A stretch of 64,000 nucleotides of DNA from a bacterium. Lineage in GTDB: Bacteria > Patescibacteriota > Minisyncoccia > UBA6257 > GWB1-50-10. Shown in pieces: positions 57,101-64,000 of this stretch (position 1 is the first letter of the stretch; the number at the start of each line of letters is the position of its first letter). Location: assembly GCA_021812365.1 (NCBI GenBank), contig JAKANQ010000002.1:16953-80952 (forward strand), given 5' to 3'. The notes beneath the pieces are model-generated. The model did not search any database. It saw only the letters and a list, made by a program, of their open reading frames with translations, and had not been told where the DNA came from. The position numbers and the translations under genes are program-made.

Positions 57101-57684
57101 AGTCATTAGCGCAGAATGCAAAGGCATCCGTGCATCTTGAGGATTGGCCGAAGGCGGAGAAGCGGCTGATAGACGAGAGCTTGATTGAGGGGATGGCGGA
57201 GGTGCGTCTTGCGGCAAGCGTTGCGCTCGCGAAACGCGCGGAGAAGGGAATAAAAGTACGCCAGCCGCTCGCAGAACTGAAACTGAAGAGTATAAAACTT
57301 GAGGGAAAGAAGGCGCTTCTCGAGATATTGAAGGATGAGGTGAATGTAAAGAAGGTCTCATTCAACAAAGACCTCGCGGAAGACGTGGAACTTGATACGA
57401 ACATCACGCATGAGCTTGTGGAGGAAGGATTACTTCGTGAATTGGTGCGTATGGTGCAGGACTTGCGCCAGGATGCGGGATTCTCACCAAAAGACGCCAT
57501 TGTGCTGCACGTTGATGTTCCTGAGGAATTGAGTTTTGTCTTGCGCAAGAATGAGGCGTTCGCAAAACGAGAGGTGAATGCCAAGGTCATTGAGTTCAAG
57601 CGCGTTGAACGATTTGATGCGGAGATAGCCTCGAAACTCGGTGATTTCAATGTCTGGCTCGCGGTACGGAAGAATAAGAAATAG
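54160..57684 (+). CDS. ileS: Isoleucyl-tRNA synthetase with an inserted histidine-phosphatase (PGAM-like) domain
   Basis: HIGH-region PPTANGRPGIHHVLARS. KMSKSKGN. Editing (CP1) domain. Type-2-like C-terminus. An extra about 200 aa between CESCKT and CKKCGS carries LLIRHGEAENN and IVSHEDP, the two catalytic His motifs of the histidine phosphatase superfamily. Confidence 0.9.
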   Translation: MLKNTEKFSLPEVEEKVLAFWDDNKIFEKSLSKNKPAKGRGGKKFVFYEGPPTANGRPGIHHVLARSYKDVVLRYKTMSGFSVPRKGGWDTHGLPVELEVEKALGLKSKKEIEKYGVAAFNKKCRESVWKYKDEWEKLTRRMGFWLDMENPYITYKNEYMETIWWTFSQIAEKKLLYKGHKIVPWCTRCGTALSSHELALGYKEVEDTSVYVKFKVKKGQHIGKSLVADNKTYILSWTTTPWTLPGNVALAVGEGIEYAAIEAGEGSKKETLILASPRLGILDMPHTVLGTMKGKELVGVEYEPLFSIDVFIHGSAKDVSYRVYPADFVTTTDGTGVVHTAVMYGEDDYKLGKKFGLPEVHTVNEQGMFVEAVPEFAGMYVKAKDTEEKILAALSHKNLLLKKELYAHEYPFCWRCSSPLLYYGRHSWFIEMSKLRTSLQKENKNINWIPENIREGRFGEWIREAKDWAISRERYWGTPLPIWECESCKTVRVIGGVKDLESTQKKSTNRYLLIRHGEAENNVKNVVSSWPEKARYHLTPKGRAAVLKLAKKLSRTKIDIIFASDLLRTKETANLLKEELEVPVIFDERLREINVGEFNGSLIKEYQDFFGTKMEKFTKAPEGGETLTELRTRMFGFVKEMEKKYSGKTIAIVSHEDPLWLLTSAMQGWTDEQIIAEKEGHLGAFLGAGEMREEVFRVLPRDESGMFDLHKPYIDSVVFPCKKCGSEMKRIPEVADVWFDSGAMPFAQAHYPFEHSKSLDFPADYISEGMDQTRGWFYTLLAVSTLLGRGTPYKNVISLGLILDKNGQKMSKSKGNIVSPWDMIQKYGIDVTRWYFYTVNPPGEAKKFDELELAKVSRQFFALIYNSFVFFDLYSDRKYIPKTTPKATNILDKWIMARLHETISEATEHMEKYEMGDAARLIEEFVGDLSRWYIRRSRRRLQKPESKKEFEAVSTVFGYTLIQLAKLMAPFSPFFSEALYKSLAQNAKASVHLEDWPKAEKRLIDESLIEGMAEVRLAASVALAKRAEKGIKVRQPLAELKLKSIKLEGKKALLEILKDEVNVKKVSFNKDLAEDVELDTNITHELVEEGLLRELVRMVQDLRQDAGFSPKDAIVLHVDVPEELSFVLRKNEAFAKREVNAKVIEFKRVERFDAEIASKLGDFNVWLAVRKNKK

Positions 57685-57695
57685 AGAGCGAACAG

Positions 57696-57720
57696 GAATC
57701 CCGCGAATGCGGGATTTTTT
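57696..57720 (+). terminator. Rho-independent terminator
   Basis: gaatcccgcgaatgcgggatttttt. Confidence 0.65.
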
Positions 57721-57784
57721 GTTGACGCAGTGTGGGTTTGGTAGTAGCGTAATCGAAGCACATAGACTGCCAAGGAGGTGCCCT

Positions 57785-58294
57785 GTGAATGATAGAATCT
57801 TCGGTTTGAACATGACGTCTCTTGAGACCAAGGTGAAGGAGCTCGATGAGCTCATTCGCGCATACACGCGGTCCGAGAGGGAGTTGTGGCAGCTTGTTCC
57901 GTACCTTGCGCTTCAGGCGGATGGACGGAGCGGATATTCTTCGCAATATTCCCTTGCGTATAGTGTGGGGCTTTGGAGAATTGAGCATTCACTGGACAGA
58001 TTTAGTTCGTACACGGTCGCGGTTGACTGCGCGACGGGCGAGCTTGTGTCTATTCCTAATACGCATGAGAAGGCCCACAAGGAAGATGTGCTCCGATGCG
58101 CTTCTCGGCTGCGCGAGTTTGATGCAGCTGCGGTCGTCCTCGAACTTCGAAAGGAGGGGAAGGCTTCTTATTCGAAGTGTTATGACGAGGCGGAGATCAA
58201 GGCGTGGCGTCTCAGGACTCAGGAGGAGTACGATCTGAGAGAGGTCTTCATACGAAAAGGTGAGGTACCGATATTCGGATTTTGTTGGGATTGA
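57785..58294 (+). CDS. Hypothetical protein (GTG start after AAGGAGG RBS)
   Basis: RBS aaggagg at 57772-57778, 6 nt before GTG 57785. About 170 aa. No motif recognised. Confidence 0.4.
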   Translation: MNDRIFGLNMTSLETKVKELDELIRAYTRSERELWQLVPYLALQADGRSGYSSQYSLAYSVGLWRIEHSLDRFSSYTVAVDCATGELVSIPNTHEKAHKEDVLRCASRLREFDAAAVVLELRKEGKASYSKCYDEAEIKAWRLRTQEEYDLREVFIRKGEVPIFGFCWD

Positions 58295-58297
58295 TAC

Positions 58298-58327
58298 AAA
58301 AACCCCCGCGCGTTGCGGGGGATTTTT
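58298..58327. terminator. Bidirectional rho-independent terminator
   Basis: aaaaacccccgcgcgttgcgggggattttt between convergent genes. Confidence 0.65.
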
Positions 58328-58328
58328 A

Positions 58329-59312
58329 TTATGCGAGTCCCAATTTTTTCTTTACCACCTCCATCTTCTTTTCAGAAACCTTGAGTGCTTTCTTATTCCC
58401 TTTTTCCATTATGGCCTTTATACCCTTCGCATCCTTTGCGAGTACCCTCTTTCTTTTCTGGAATGGGGTAAGCGAGGTTATCACCGTTTCCGCCAAATCC
58501 CTCTTGAAGTCCGCGTATCCCTTGCCCCTGTATGCTGCGACAAGCGCATCTATCGATTTGCCGCTCATTGCAGAGTAGAGCGTTAAAAGATTTGCCATCG
58601 CGGGGCGATTCTCCTTATCAAATCCCACTTCGCGCTCCGAATCCGTGACCGCGCTCATTATCTTCTTTCGAATGACCTCCGGCGCATCATCAATGAAGAC
58701 GCATCCCGCGGGGCGCGATTTTGACATCTTCTTTGTGGGGTCATCAAGGCTCATAAGGCGGGTGACCTCGGTCATCTTCGGCGCGGGCTCGAAGAAGGTC
58801 TTGCCGAACTTCGTGTTGAACTTTCGCGCGAGCGTTCGCGTGAGCTCCAAGTGCTGTAGCTGGTCGTGGCCCACGGGCACCACCTTCGCGTCGTAGAGGA
58901 GAATATCGGCCGCCATGAGAACGGGGTAATTGAAAAGACCCACGTTCGTATTCTCAGCGATATCTTCCGACTTATCTTTGAATTGCGTCATGCGGCGCAG
59001 CTCTCCCATCGGGGTGATGGTGTTCAACGCCCACATCAATTCGGTGTGCGCGGGAATCGCGGATTGCTGGAAGATGACCGATTTTTTGGGGTCGAGACCT
59101 GCCGCGAGATAATCAAGCGCGACATTCACTATCTGCTTCTGCTTCTCCTTCGGATTGTATTCCTCCGTCATCGAGTGGAGGTCCGCAATGAAGAAATAGC
59201 ACTCATATTTTCCTGAGTTTTGAAGCTCCACGAAGTTTTTCAAAGCTCCCAGATAGTTGCCAAGATGAAGATTTCCCGTCGGCTGAATGCCGGATACAAG
59301 CACTGGTTTCAT
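58329..59312 (-). CDS. trpS: Tryptophanyl-tRNA synthetase
   Basis: VSGIQPTGNLHLGNYLGAL (class I HIGH variant). KMSKS (KMSKSRPAGCVF). Start set at the internal MKPVLVSG. Confidence 0.85.
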   Translation of the reverse strand: MKPVLVSGIQPTGNLHLGNYLGALKNFVELQNSGKYECYFFIADLHSMTEEYNPKEKQKQIVNVALDYLAAGLDPKKSVIFQQSAIPAHTELMWALNTITPMGELRRMTQFKDKSEDIAENTNVGLFNYPVLMAADILLYDAKVVPVGHDQLQHLELTRTLARKFNTKFGKTFFEPAPKMTEVTRLMSLDDPTKKMSKSRPAGCVFIDDAPEVIRKKIMSAVTDSEREVGFDKENRPAMANLLTLYSAMSGKSIDALVAAYRGKGYADFKRDLAETVITSLTPFQKRKRVLAKDAKGIKAIMEKGNKKALKVSEKKMEVVKKKLGLA

Positions 59313-59483
59313 ATTTTTCAGTATACTATGCGCGGAATGGCTACGCAAAACAGTTGAGTCATGTGGCGCTCCCCATGTTGTTTTAAAGAACATCGCGCAG
59401 ACCACGAAGGTGGTCGAGCGGGAAGAAAATTTTTAGTAAAAAATTATTCTGGTTCTGAAAAATAATCTGGGGAGCGCTAAACA

Positions 59484-59506
59484 AAAACCCCCTTGCGGGG
59501 GATTTT
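59484..59506 (-). terminator. Rho-independent terminator downstream of rnj
   Basis: aaaacccccttgcgggggatttt palindrome. Confidence 0.55.
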
Positions 59507-59507
59507 G

Positions 59508-61382
59508 TTAGATTTCTATTATTACCGGCAGGATCATCGGTCGGCGCTTCGTCTTATTGAAGAGGAAGAGTCCGATCTGATCACGAACCAATCCTTTAAG
59601 ATAGTCGGGATCAAGATTCTCCTTGTTTGGAATGCGTGTGATAAGGTTTCGTATCCTCTTGCGCACCTCCTCCAAGAGCTCCTGATTTTCCTTGAGATAG
59701 ATGAAGCCGCGGGAGATGATGTCGGGATTTTTGAGTATCCTTCCATCCGCCTTGCTTACCGTGACGATGACCACCACCATACCTTCCTGAGAGAGGGTAA
59801 TGCGGTCGCGGAGCACCACCTCGCCGACATCGCCGACGCCGAGTCCGTCAACCATGATGTATTCCGATTCGACGTGCTGGTCGGTCTTTACCACCTTGTC
59901 GGGGTACAATTCCACAACCTGTCCGTTATCGGTCACAATGGTATTTTCGGGTTTCAATCCTATCGCTTCCTGCGCGGTCTTCGCGTTCCTCCAGCGCAAG
60001 AAATAATATCCATGCATCGGGATGAAGTGCTTCGGCTTCACAAATTCTATCACCGCGCGCAATTCACCTTGTGGGGCGTGGCCCGATGAGTGAATGGAAA
60101 GCATTTTGTTGTGATACACGATGGCTCCTTGGCGAGCGAAATTGTCGCGCAACGTCTGTACGCCGCGCTCATTTCCCGGAATGACGCCGGATGAGAGTAC
60201 GACTGAGTCGCCTGGTTTCAATTTGATGTGCTTGTGTTCGCCATTCGCGATGCGCATGAAGCTTCCATTCGGTTCTCCCTGCGAACCGGTGCAGAGAAGC
60301 ATAAGTTTGTTGTCCTTATGTTTGTGAATCTCCTCAAGCGGAATGAACGTGTCCTTTTTGAATTTGAGATAGCCTAGGTTCTGCGCGATCTGAAGATTTG
60401 TCTTCATCGAGAGTCCGCTTATCGCAACCTTCCTGCCGAGCTTTTCCGCAATCTTGATGATCTCACCCAGTCGGTCGAGAAGCGACGCAAATGTTCCCAC
60501 GAGGATGCGTCCTTCCGCGGCGGAGAATATTTTTTCAAGTTCCGCTTCGACGACGCGTTCTGAAACGGAAAGTCCTGGGACTTCGGCATTCGTCGAATCA
60601 AGGAGAAGGGTGTGGATGCCTTCCTCACCGACGCGTTTCCATGTGTCGATGCCGAGCGGTTTTCCATCCGTATCGTAATCGAATTTGAATTCTCCCGGGT
60701 GTACCACATTACCGATAGGGGTGCGGAAGATGATTCCGATACCGTCGGGAATGTTGTGAACCACGTCGAAGAATGTCGCGGAGAAGTATCTTCCGAACTG
60801 GTGCGTCTCTCCGCCCTTCACGAGCTGGAAGCGCAATTTTGGTGCGTTCGGAAAATCTTCCTGACGTTTCAAGATTATCTCCTTTGAGAGTAATGTGGTG
60901 TAGATGGGTGGGTTGCCAATCTTTTCCATGATGTGCGGAATCGCGCCGATGTGGTCATAGTGCGCGTGGGTGATGATTAGTGCCTTTATCTTGTTCCTGT
61001 TGTTCTCAAGATAGGTGATGTTCGGGATGATGTAGTCGACGCCTGGAGTGTTTTCCTCGGGGAAGCCGAGGCCTGCATCGATGATGATTATTTCATCCTT
61101 GTATTCCATCATCATCATGTTGCGGCCGATTTCGCCGAATCCGCCGAGCGCTATGAAGCGGAGCGGTTCTTCACCGGTATGTTTCGGTGCGGTGTGTTGG
61201 ACTATCGGCTGTGTCGCGCGAAATGCGGGACGCGTACGATAACTTTCGCTTCGCCCACGCGGACGAGGGCGATTTCCGGGGTGTCCACCCTGCCTTGTGT
61301 TCGGCCTATCGTTGTGCGGACGAGGACCTTTGTGTTGATTTGTTGACCCGTGTTCTCGGGGTTTTTGTGGTTGTGTAACCAT
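59508..61382 (-). CDS. rnj: Ribonuclease J with N-terminal Arg/Pro-rich disordered extension
   Basis: ...IIDAGLGFPEE...ALIITHAHYDHIGAIPHI... MBL + beta-CASP + RNase J C-terminal domain. First about 90 aa are basic low complexity (PRPRGRSESYRTRP). Confidence 0.8.
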   Translation of the reverse strand: MVTQPQKPREHGSTNQHKGPRPHNDRPNTRQGGHPGNRPRPRGRSESYRTRPAFRATQPIVQHTAPKHTGEEPLRFIALGGFGEIGRNMMMMEYKDEIIIIDAGLGFPEENTPGVDYIIPNITYLENNRNKIKALIITHAHYDHIGAIPHIMEKIGNPPIYTTLLSKEIILKRQEDFPNAPKLRFQLVKGGETHQFGRYFSATFFDVVHNIPDGIGIIFRTPIGNVVHPGEFKFDYDTDGKPLGIDTWKRVGEEGIHTLLLDSTNAEVPGLSVSERVVEAELEKIFSAAEGRILVGTFASLLDRLGEIIKIAEKLGRKVAISGLSMKTNLQIAQNLGYLKFKKDTFIPLEEIHKHKDNKLMLLCTGSQGEPNGSFMRIANGEHKHIKLKPGDSVVLSSGVIPGNERGVQTLRDNFARQGAIVYHNKMLSIHSSGHAPQGELRAVIEFVKPKHFIPMHGYYFLRWRNAKTAQEAIGLKPENTIVTDNGQVVELYPDKVVKTDQHVESEYIMVDGLGVGDVGEVVLRDRITLSQEGMVVVIVTVSKADGRILKNPDIISRGFIYLKENQELLEEVRKRIRNLITRIPNKENLDPDYLKGLVRDQIGLFLFNKTKRRPMILPVIIEI

Positions 61383-61651
61383 ATTTTTTTAAATTTTTGC
61401 CTTTCATTTCCGATTTCCTTTCTCTCGAAAAATCACAGAAACTGATCGAAAAGGGAATGAGCAAAAACTTGTTTAATTATTTTGTTGTTTTTAAATTATT
61501 TGCACACAGAACGACTCAATGTATGAAAAATAAATAGTGTATAAGAGTTGGGGACGGTGTCCTCATCTCTTAGGTAAAGCGTATATATGATGTAGATTAC
61601 TGCCAGTAAGCGTTTTTAAATTGATTCAATCTTTAAATGCCAATGTCAGTG

Positions 61652-61735
61652 TGCCGAGGAGGAGAGTTGAACTCCTATGGCCTTGCGGCCGCTGGCACCT
61701 GAAGCCAGTGCGTCTGCCAATTCCGCCACCTCGGC
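61652..61735 (-). tRNA. tRNA-Leu (anticodon CAG)
   Basis: Hand-folded: acceptor GCCGAGG/CCTCGGC, anticodon arm CTGGC-TTCAGGT-GCCAG, long variable arm CGGCCGCAAGGCCAT, T-arm AGGAG-TTCAACT-CTCCT, discriminator A. 84 nt. Confidence 0.7.
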
Positions 61736-61946
61736 ATCGGTATCTTTCTTATGAGACGTACCAATGTCGTTATCCGTCCCTATGCCAACAATAATACAAG
61801 ACGAATATTTTAGGAAGTCTTGCGGAATAGTATTGTTTTCAAGTGAGTATTCGGAATGCCCTACGGAGGGCCGAATGGAGGAGTAAACGCTTGAATACAT
61901 AGTACACAAACACCTCCATTTTGTCAATTTGTGTCGTTTTTTCTCG

Positions 61947-63596
61947 CTATTTCAGTATACGTACGCTGGAAAGGTTCCAGTTCTCCACGCCTCTGAATCT
62001 ATCTTCCGGCGCGGTCAACGTGCCAGGATTGAAGCCATTCAAGCGCGAAGAATGAGCATAGAAATAGGGCATTGAGAAGAGGAATATCGCGGGATTGTCA
62101 TTCATAAGAATCTGCTCCTCGCGCTCAAGGTTTGCGCGTTGAGTTTCTGGATCGTTCTGTTGCCGCGTTGATTCCATGAGCTTATCCGCTTCGGTATTTT
62201 GGTAGAGTGAAAGATTCAGCCCTGGGTAGAAGCGTTGTGACGAGTGCCAGAAGGGGAAAAGGTCGGCGGGATTCTCATACACATTGCCGAAGAGGAGCAG
62301 GTCGTAGTTTCTTGTTTTGATATAGCTATCAACGAGCGTATCTGTGTCCTCTTGCGTGATAGTGACGTCAGAGATGCCCGCGGTCATCCAATCCGATTTT
62401 ATCTTCTCCGCCACTTTTTCGAGGAAGGGAACCTTTGGTACTAAAAGCGTCAGTTGGATATTCTTATTCTTGAGCCCCGCGATTATGCGCGCCGCGGCGA
62501 CCGGATCATACGACGGCACTGTTCCGGTGTTTGTCCACGCAGGAATCGTCGATGTGCCAAGCGCGCTTTGCGGTTCAAATGAGATGAGATTTTTGAAGAG
62601 CGGAGATTCCATCGGTGTGGCATTACCTTTGAATATGTCACTTGCAATCGCTTCTTTGTTGATGGCCGCATTGAGTGCGTTTCGCAGATTGCCATCTTTC
62701 AACACCGGGTTATTCACTGAATTAATGAAGATGGCATAGTATCGCGGCATTGGCACATTCTCAACGGTGATGCGAGGAAGGCTTTGTGTCTCCGCGCCAA
62801 GCGGAAGTGCGCTTCCGAATCCGTCAATGCGGCGCAAGCGCATATCGTTCGCGAGCTCCTCATTTGACGCGTAAAAACGGAATATGAATTGGCTGATGTA
62901 CGGTTCCTGTCCGCTAAAATTAGTATTTGCCAAGAGGCGATACTCCGTGATGAAGCCATCCTTCTGTTTTGAAAAACTGTCGAATTTGTATGGACCGCTT
63001 CCTACGGGTTCAAGGTTGTATTCCGAAAGTGTCATATTCTCTATCGGTATCGCGCCGAAAATATGTTTTGGAATGACGCGGGTGGTTCTTAGGTTCTTTG
63101 TGAAGAAGACATACGGCGCGGGAAGCGTGAATTTGATTTGTAACTGGCTTATGCGTTCCACGTTTACGCCCTGCCAATCTTTTGCGAGGGGCGAGCGCGA
63201 GTCGGGATTCTGAATCGTTTGAACGGTGAATAATACGTCATCGCTTGTGAGCGGTTGGCCGTCGCTCCACAAAAGTCCTTCTTTGAGTTTTATTGTATAT
63301 TCGCGGCCATCATCGGAAAGTTTCCAATCCGAGATGAGTGATGACAGGTCGGAAAATACGAGCGCTGAGATGTCCTGGTCCGTCTGATTGGAAGAGAATA
63401 CGGGATTTATCATAATGGGTTGTCCTACGATGCCTTCTGTATAGGTCCCTCCGCGTACAGGAATATATGAGCCGCTCTCCTCGATTGTTTTGGTTATAGT
63501 GACCATAAGCGCGAACACAAAGATCGCGAATGCAATCGCAATGGTCACGCGATCCTTTTGAGAGATGGATTTTAATATAAGTTTTAATGTTTGCAT
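61947..63596 (-). CDS. ABC transporter substrate-binding protein, family 5 (peptide/nickel type), N-terminally TM-anchored
   Basis: N-terminal TM VTIAIAFAIFVFALMVTI, then ...RGGTYTEGIVGQPIMINPV..., typical of the SBP_bac_5 N-lobe. 549 aa. Confidence 0.65.
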   Translation of the reverse strand: MQTLKLILKSISQKDRVTIAIAFAIFVFALMVTITKTIEESGSYIPVRGGTYTEGIVGQPIMINPVFSSNQTDQDISALVFSDLSSLISDWKLSDDGREYTIKLKEGLLWSDGQPLTSDDVLFTVQTIQNPDSRSPLAKDWQGVNVERISQLQIKFTLPAPYVFFTKNLRTTRVIPKHIFGAIPIENMTLSEYNLEPVGSGPYKFDSFSKQKDGFITEYRLLANTNFSGQEPYISQFIFRFYASNEELANDMRLRRIDGFGSALPLGAETQSLPRITVENVPMPRYYAIFINSVNNPVLKDGNLRNALNAAINKEAIASDIFKGNATPMESPLFKNLISFEPQSALGTSTIPAWTNTGTVPSYDPVAAARIIAGLKNKNIQLTLLVPKVPFLEKVAEKIKSDWMTAGISDVTITQEDTDTLVDSYIKTRNYDLLLFGNVYENPADLFPFWHSSQRFYPGLNLSLYQNTEADKLMESTRQQNDPETQRANLEREEQILMNDNPAIFLFSMPYFYAHSSRLNGFNPGTLTAPEDRFRGVENWNLSSVRILK

Positions 63597-63615
63597 GTCT
63601 TCGTTTTATAGTACC

Positions 63616-63636
63616 AAAAAACCCCACGAGGGGGAA
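63616..63636 (-). terminator. Rho-independent terminator downstream of secG
   Basis: Minus-strand cccctcgtgggg hairpin plus T-run. Confidence 0.45.
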
Positions 63637-63658
63637 TTGTTTGGTTTTTAACAAAAAG

Positions 63659-63874
63659 TTATTTTACGAGAAGGTTCGCTACCGCAAGCGCGCCAAAAAC
63701 GAATGCTAGCACGAGTGTCGCCCAGTAGATTATTTTTTCGAATCCGCGGCGCGTCTGATATGATGCCCCCGCGCCTCCGCCGAAAAGTCCTCCGGCTCCC
63801 GCAGAGCGCTCCTGAACGAGCACGAGCGCGATAAGCGCGACTGATACCACGATTTCTGCAATGTTTAATCCCAT
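63659..63874 (-). CDS. secG: Preprotein translocase subunit SecG
   Basis: Two TM helices flanking a Gly-rich loop: ...LVLVQERSAGAGGLFGGGAGASYQTRRGFEKIIYWATLVLAFVF. Confidence 0.65.
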   Translation of the reverse strand: MGLNIAEIVVSVALIALVLVQERSAGAGGLFGGGAGASYQTRRGFEKIIYWATLVLAFVFGALAVANLLVK

Positions 63875-63909
63875 AGTATGTGTTAGTCTTCTGATCCCAT
63901 ATGCGTAAA

Positions 63910-64000
63910 TTATTCTTCTGTGTGGAAGCGCCTGCTTATGAACTCGAGAACCATGTTCACTGCGGTCACAATAAGCGTGCCATATAAGAGTGGAAGATAC
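63910..64000 (-). CDS. C-terminal fragment of a gene continuing beyond the window
   Basis: Open frame ...LPLLYGTLIVTAVNMVLEFISRRFHTEE* running off the right edge. Confidence 0.25.
   Translation of the reverse strand, partial: YLPLLYGTLIVTAVNMVLEFISRRFHTEE

Noticed and set aside
57641-57784. Upstream extension of the 58-kb hypothetical ORF
   Set aside because: Overlaps the ileS terminator. A GTG at 57785 preceded by AAGGAGG is the more plausible start.
61646-61927. 93-aa minus-strand ORF (…AEVAELADALASGASGRKAIGVQLSSSAH)
   Set aside because: It is the translation of the tRNA-Leu(CAG) gene and its flank. The peptide composition is the typical tRNA read-through artefact.
1-64000. Alternative genetic code (UGA recoding, as in some CPR lineages)
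   Set aside because: Long conserved genes (dnaA, polA, ileS, the PBP) read through to normal stops with no in-frame TGA, so the standard bacterial code fits.

Overview
This 64-kb window looks like a chromosomal segment of a small-genome bacterium, probably from the Candidate Phyla Radiation (Patescibacteria/Parcubacteria); the taxonomic call is inference. The evidence for that call is a T4SS-pilin-like domain, a TM-anchored substrate-binding protein, compact and tightly packed genes, and standard stop codons (code 11).

It spans the replication-origin neighbourhood: rpmH-rnpA-yidC-jag on the minus strand and dnaA-dnaN on the plus strand, with DnaA-box clusters between them. Other housekeeping content includes:
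- DNA replication and repair: polA, ruvA, ruvB, ruvC, holA, tsaE and a family-4 uracil-DNA glycosylase.
- Cell wall: a class-A PBP, murB, a MurE-like Mur ligase and an O-antigen-ligase-like membrane protein.
- Translation: argS, ileS, trpS, infC-rpmI-rplT and rpsT.
- RNA turnover: RNase J and a second, shorter beta-CASP RNase.
- Also smpB, a type-IV-pilus PilB ATPase, secG, two tRNAs (Arg-CCG and Leu-CAG) and a previously unmarked tmRNA (ssrA).

Five regions stand out.
1. At about 45.8-52.7 kb there is a cohesin-dockerin style surface-display module. A membrane-anchored protein carries an N-terminal cohesin-like domain, and next to it a 1710-aa secreted giant protein has nested tandem repeats and a textbook C-terminal dockerin. 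A multi-PAS histidine kinase, two orphan receiver proteins and an ECF sigma/anti-sigma pair flank the module.
2. At about 33.2-39.5 kb there is a roughly 6-kb integrated island abutting the 3' end of ssrA. Its large serine recombinase reads through the tmRNA 3' end. It also carries HigB, a HigA-HTH fused to an ImmA/IrrE metallopeptidase, a GIY-YIG-like protein, a Zn-ribbon membrane protein and an array of GGTTAT motifs with A/T-centred palindromes.
3. IleRS carries a complete histidine-phosphatase (RHG) domain inserted between its zinc-knuckle CxxC pairs.
4. A pilin-like protein is fused to an M15/LAS peptidase, there is a bacterial SET-domain protein, and a membrane-anchored ClpB-like ATPase has a degenerate NBD1.
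5. Between ruvB and pilB there is a promoter-bearing candidate structured sRNA.

All calls rest on motif-level reading of the sequence. No database searches were run.
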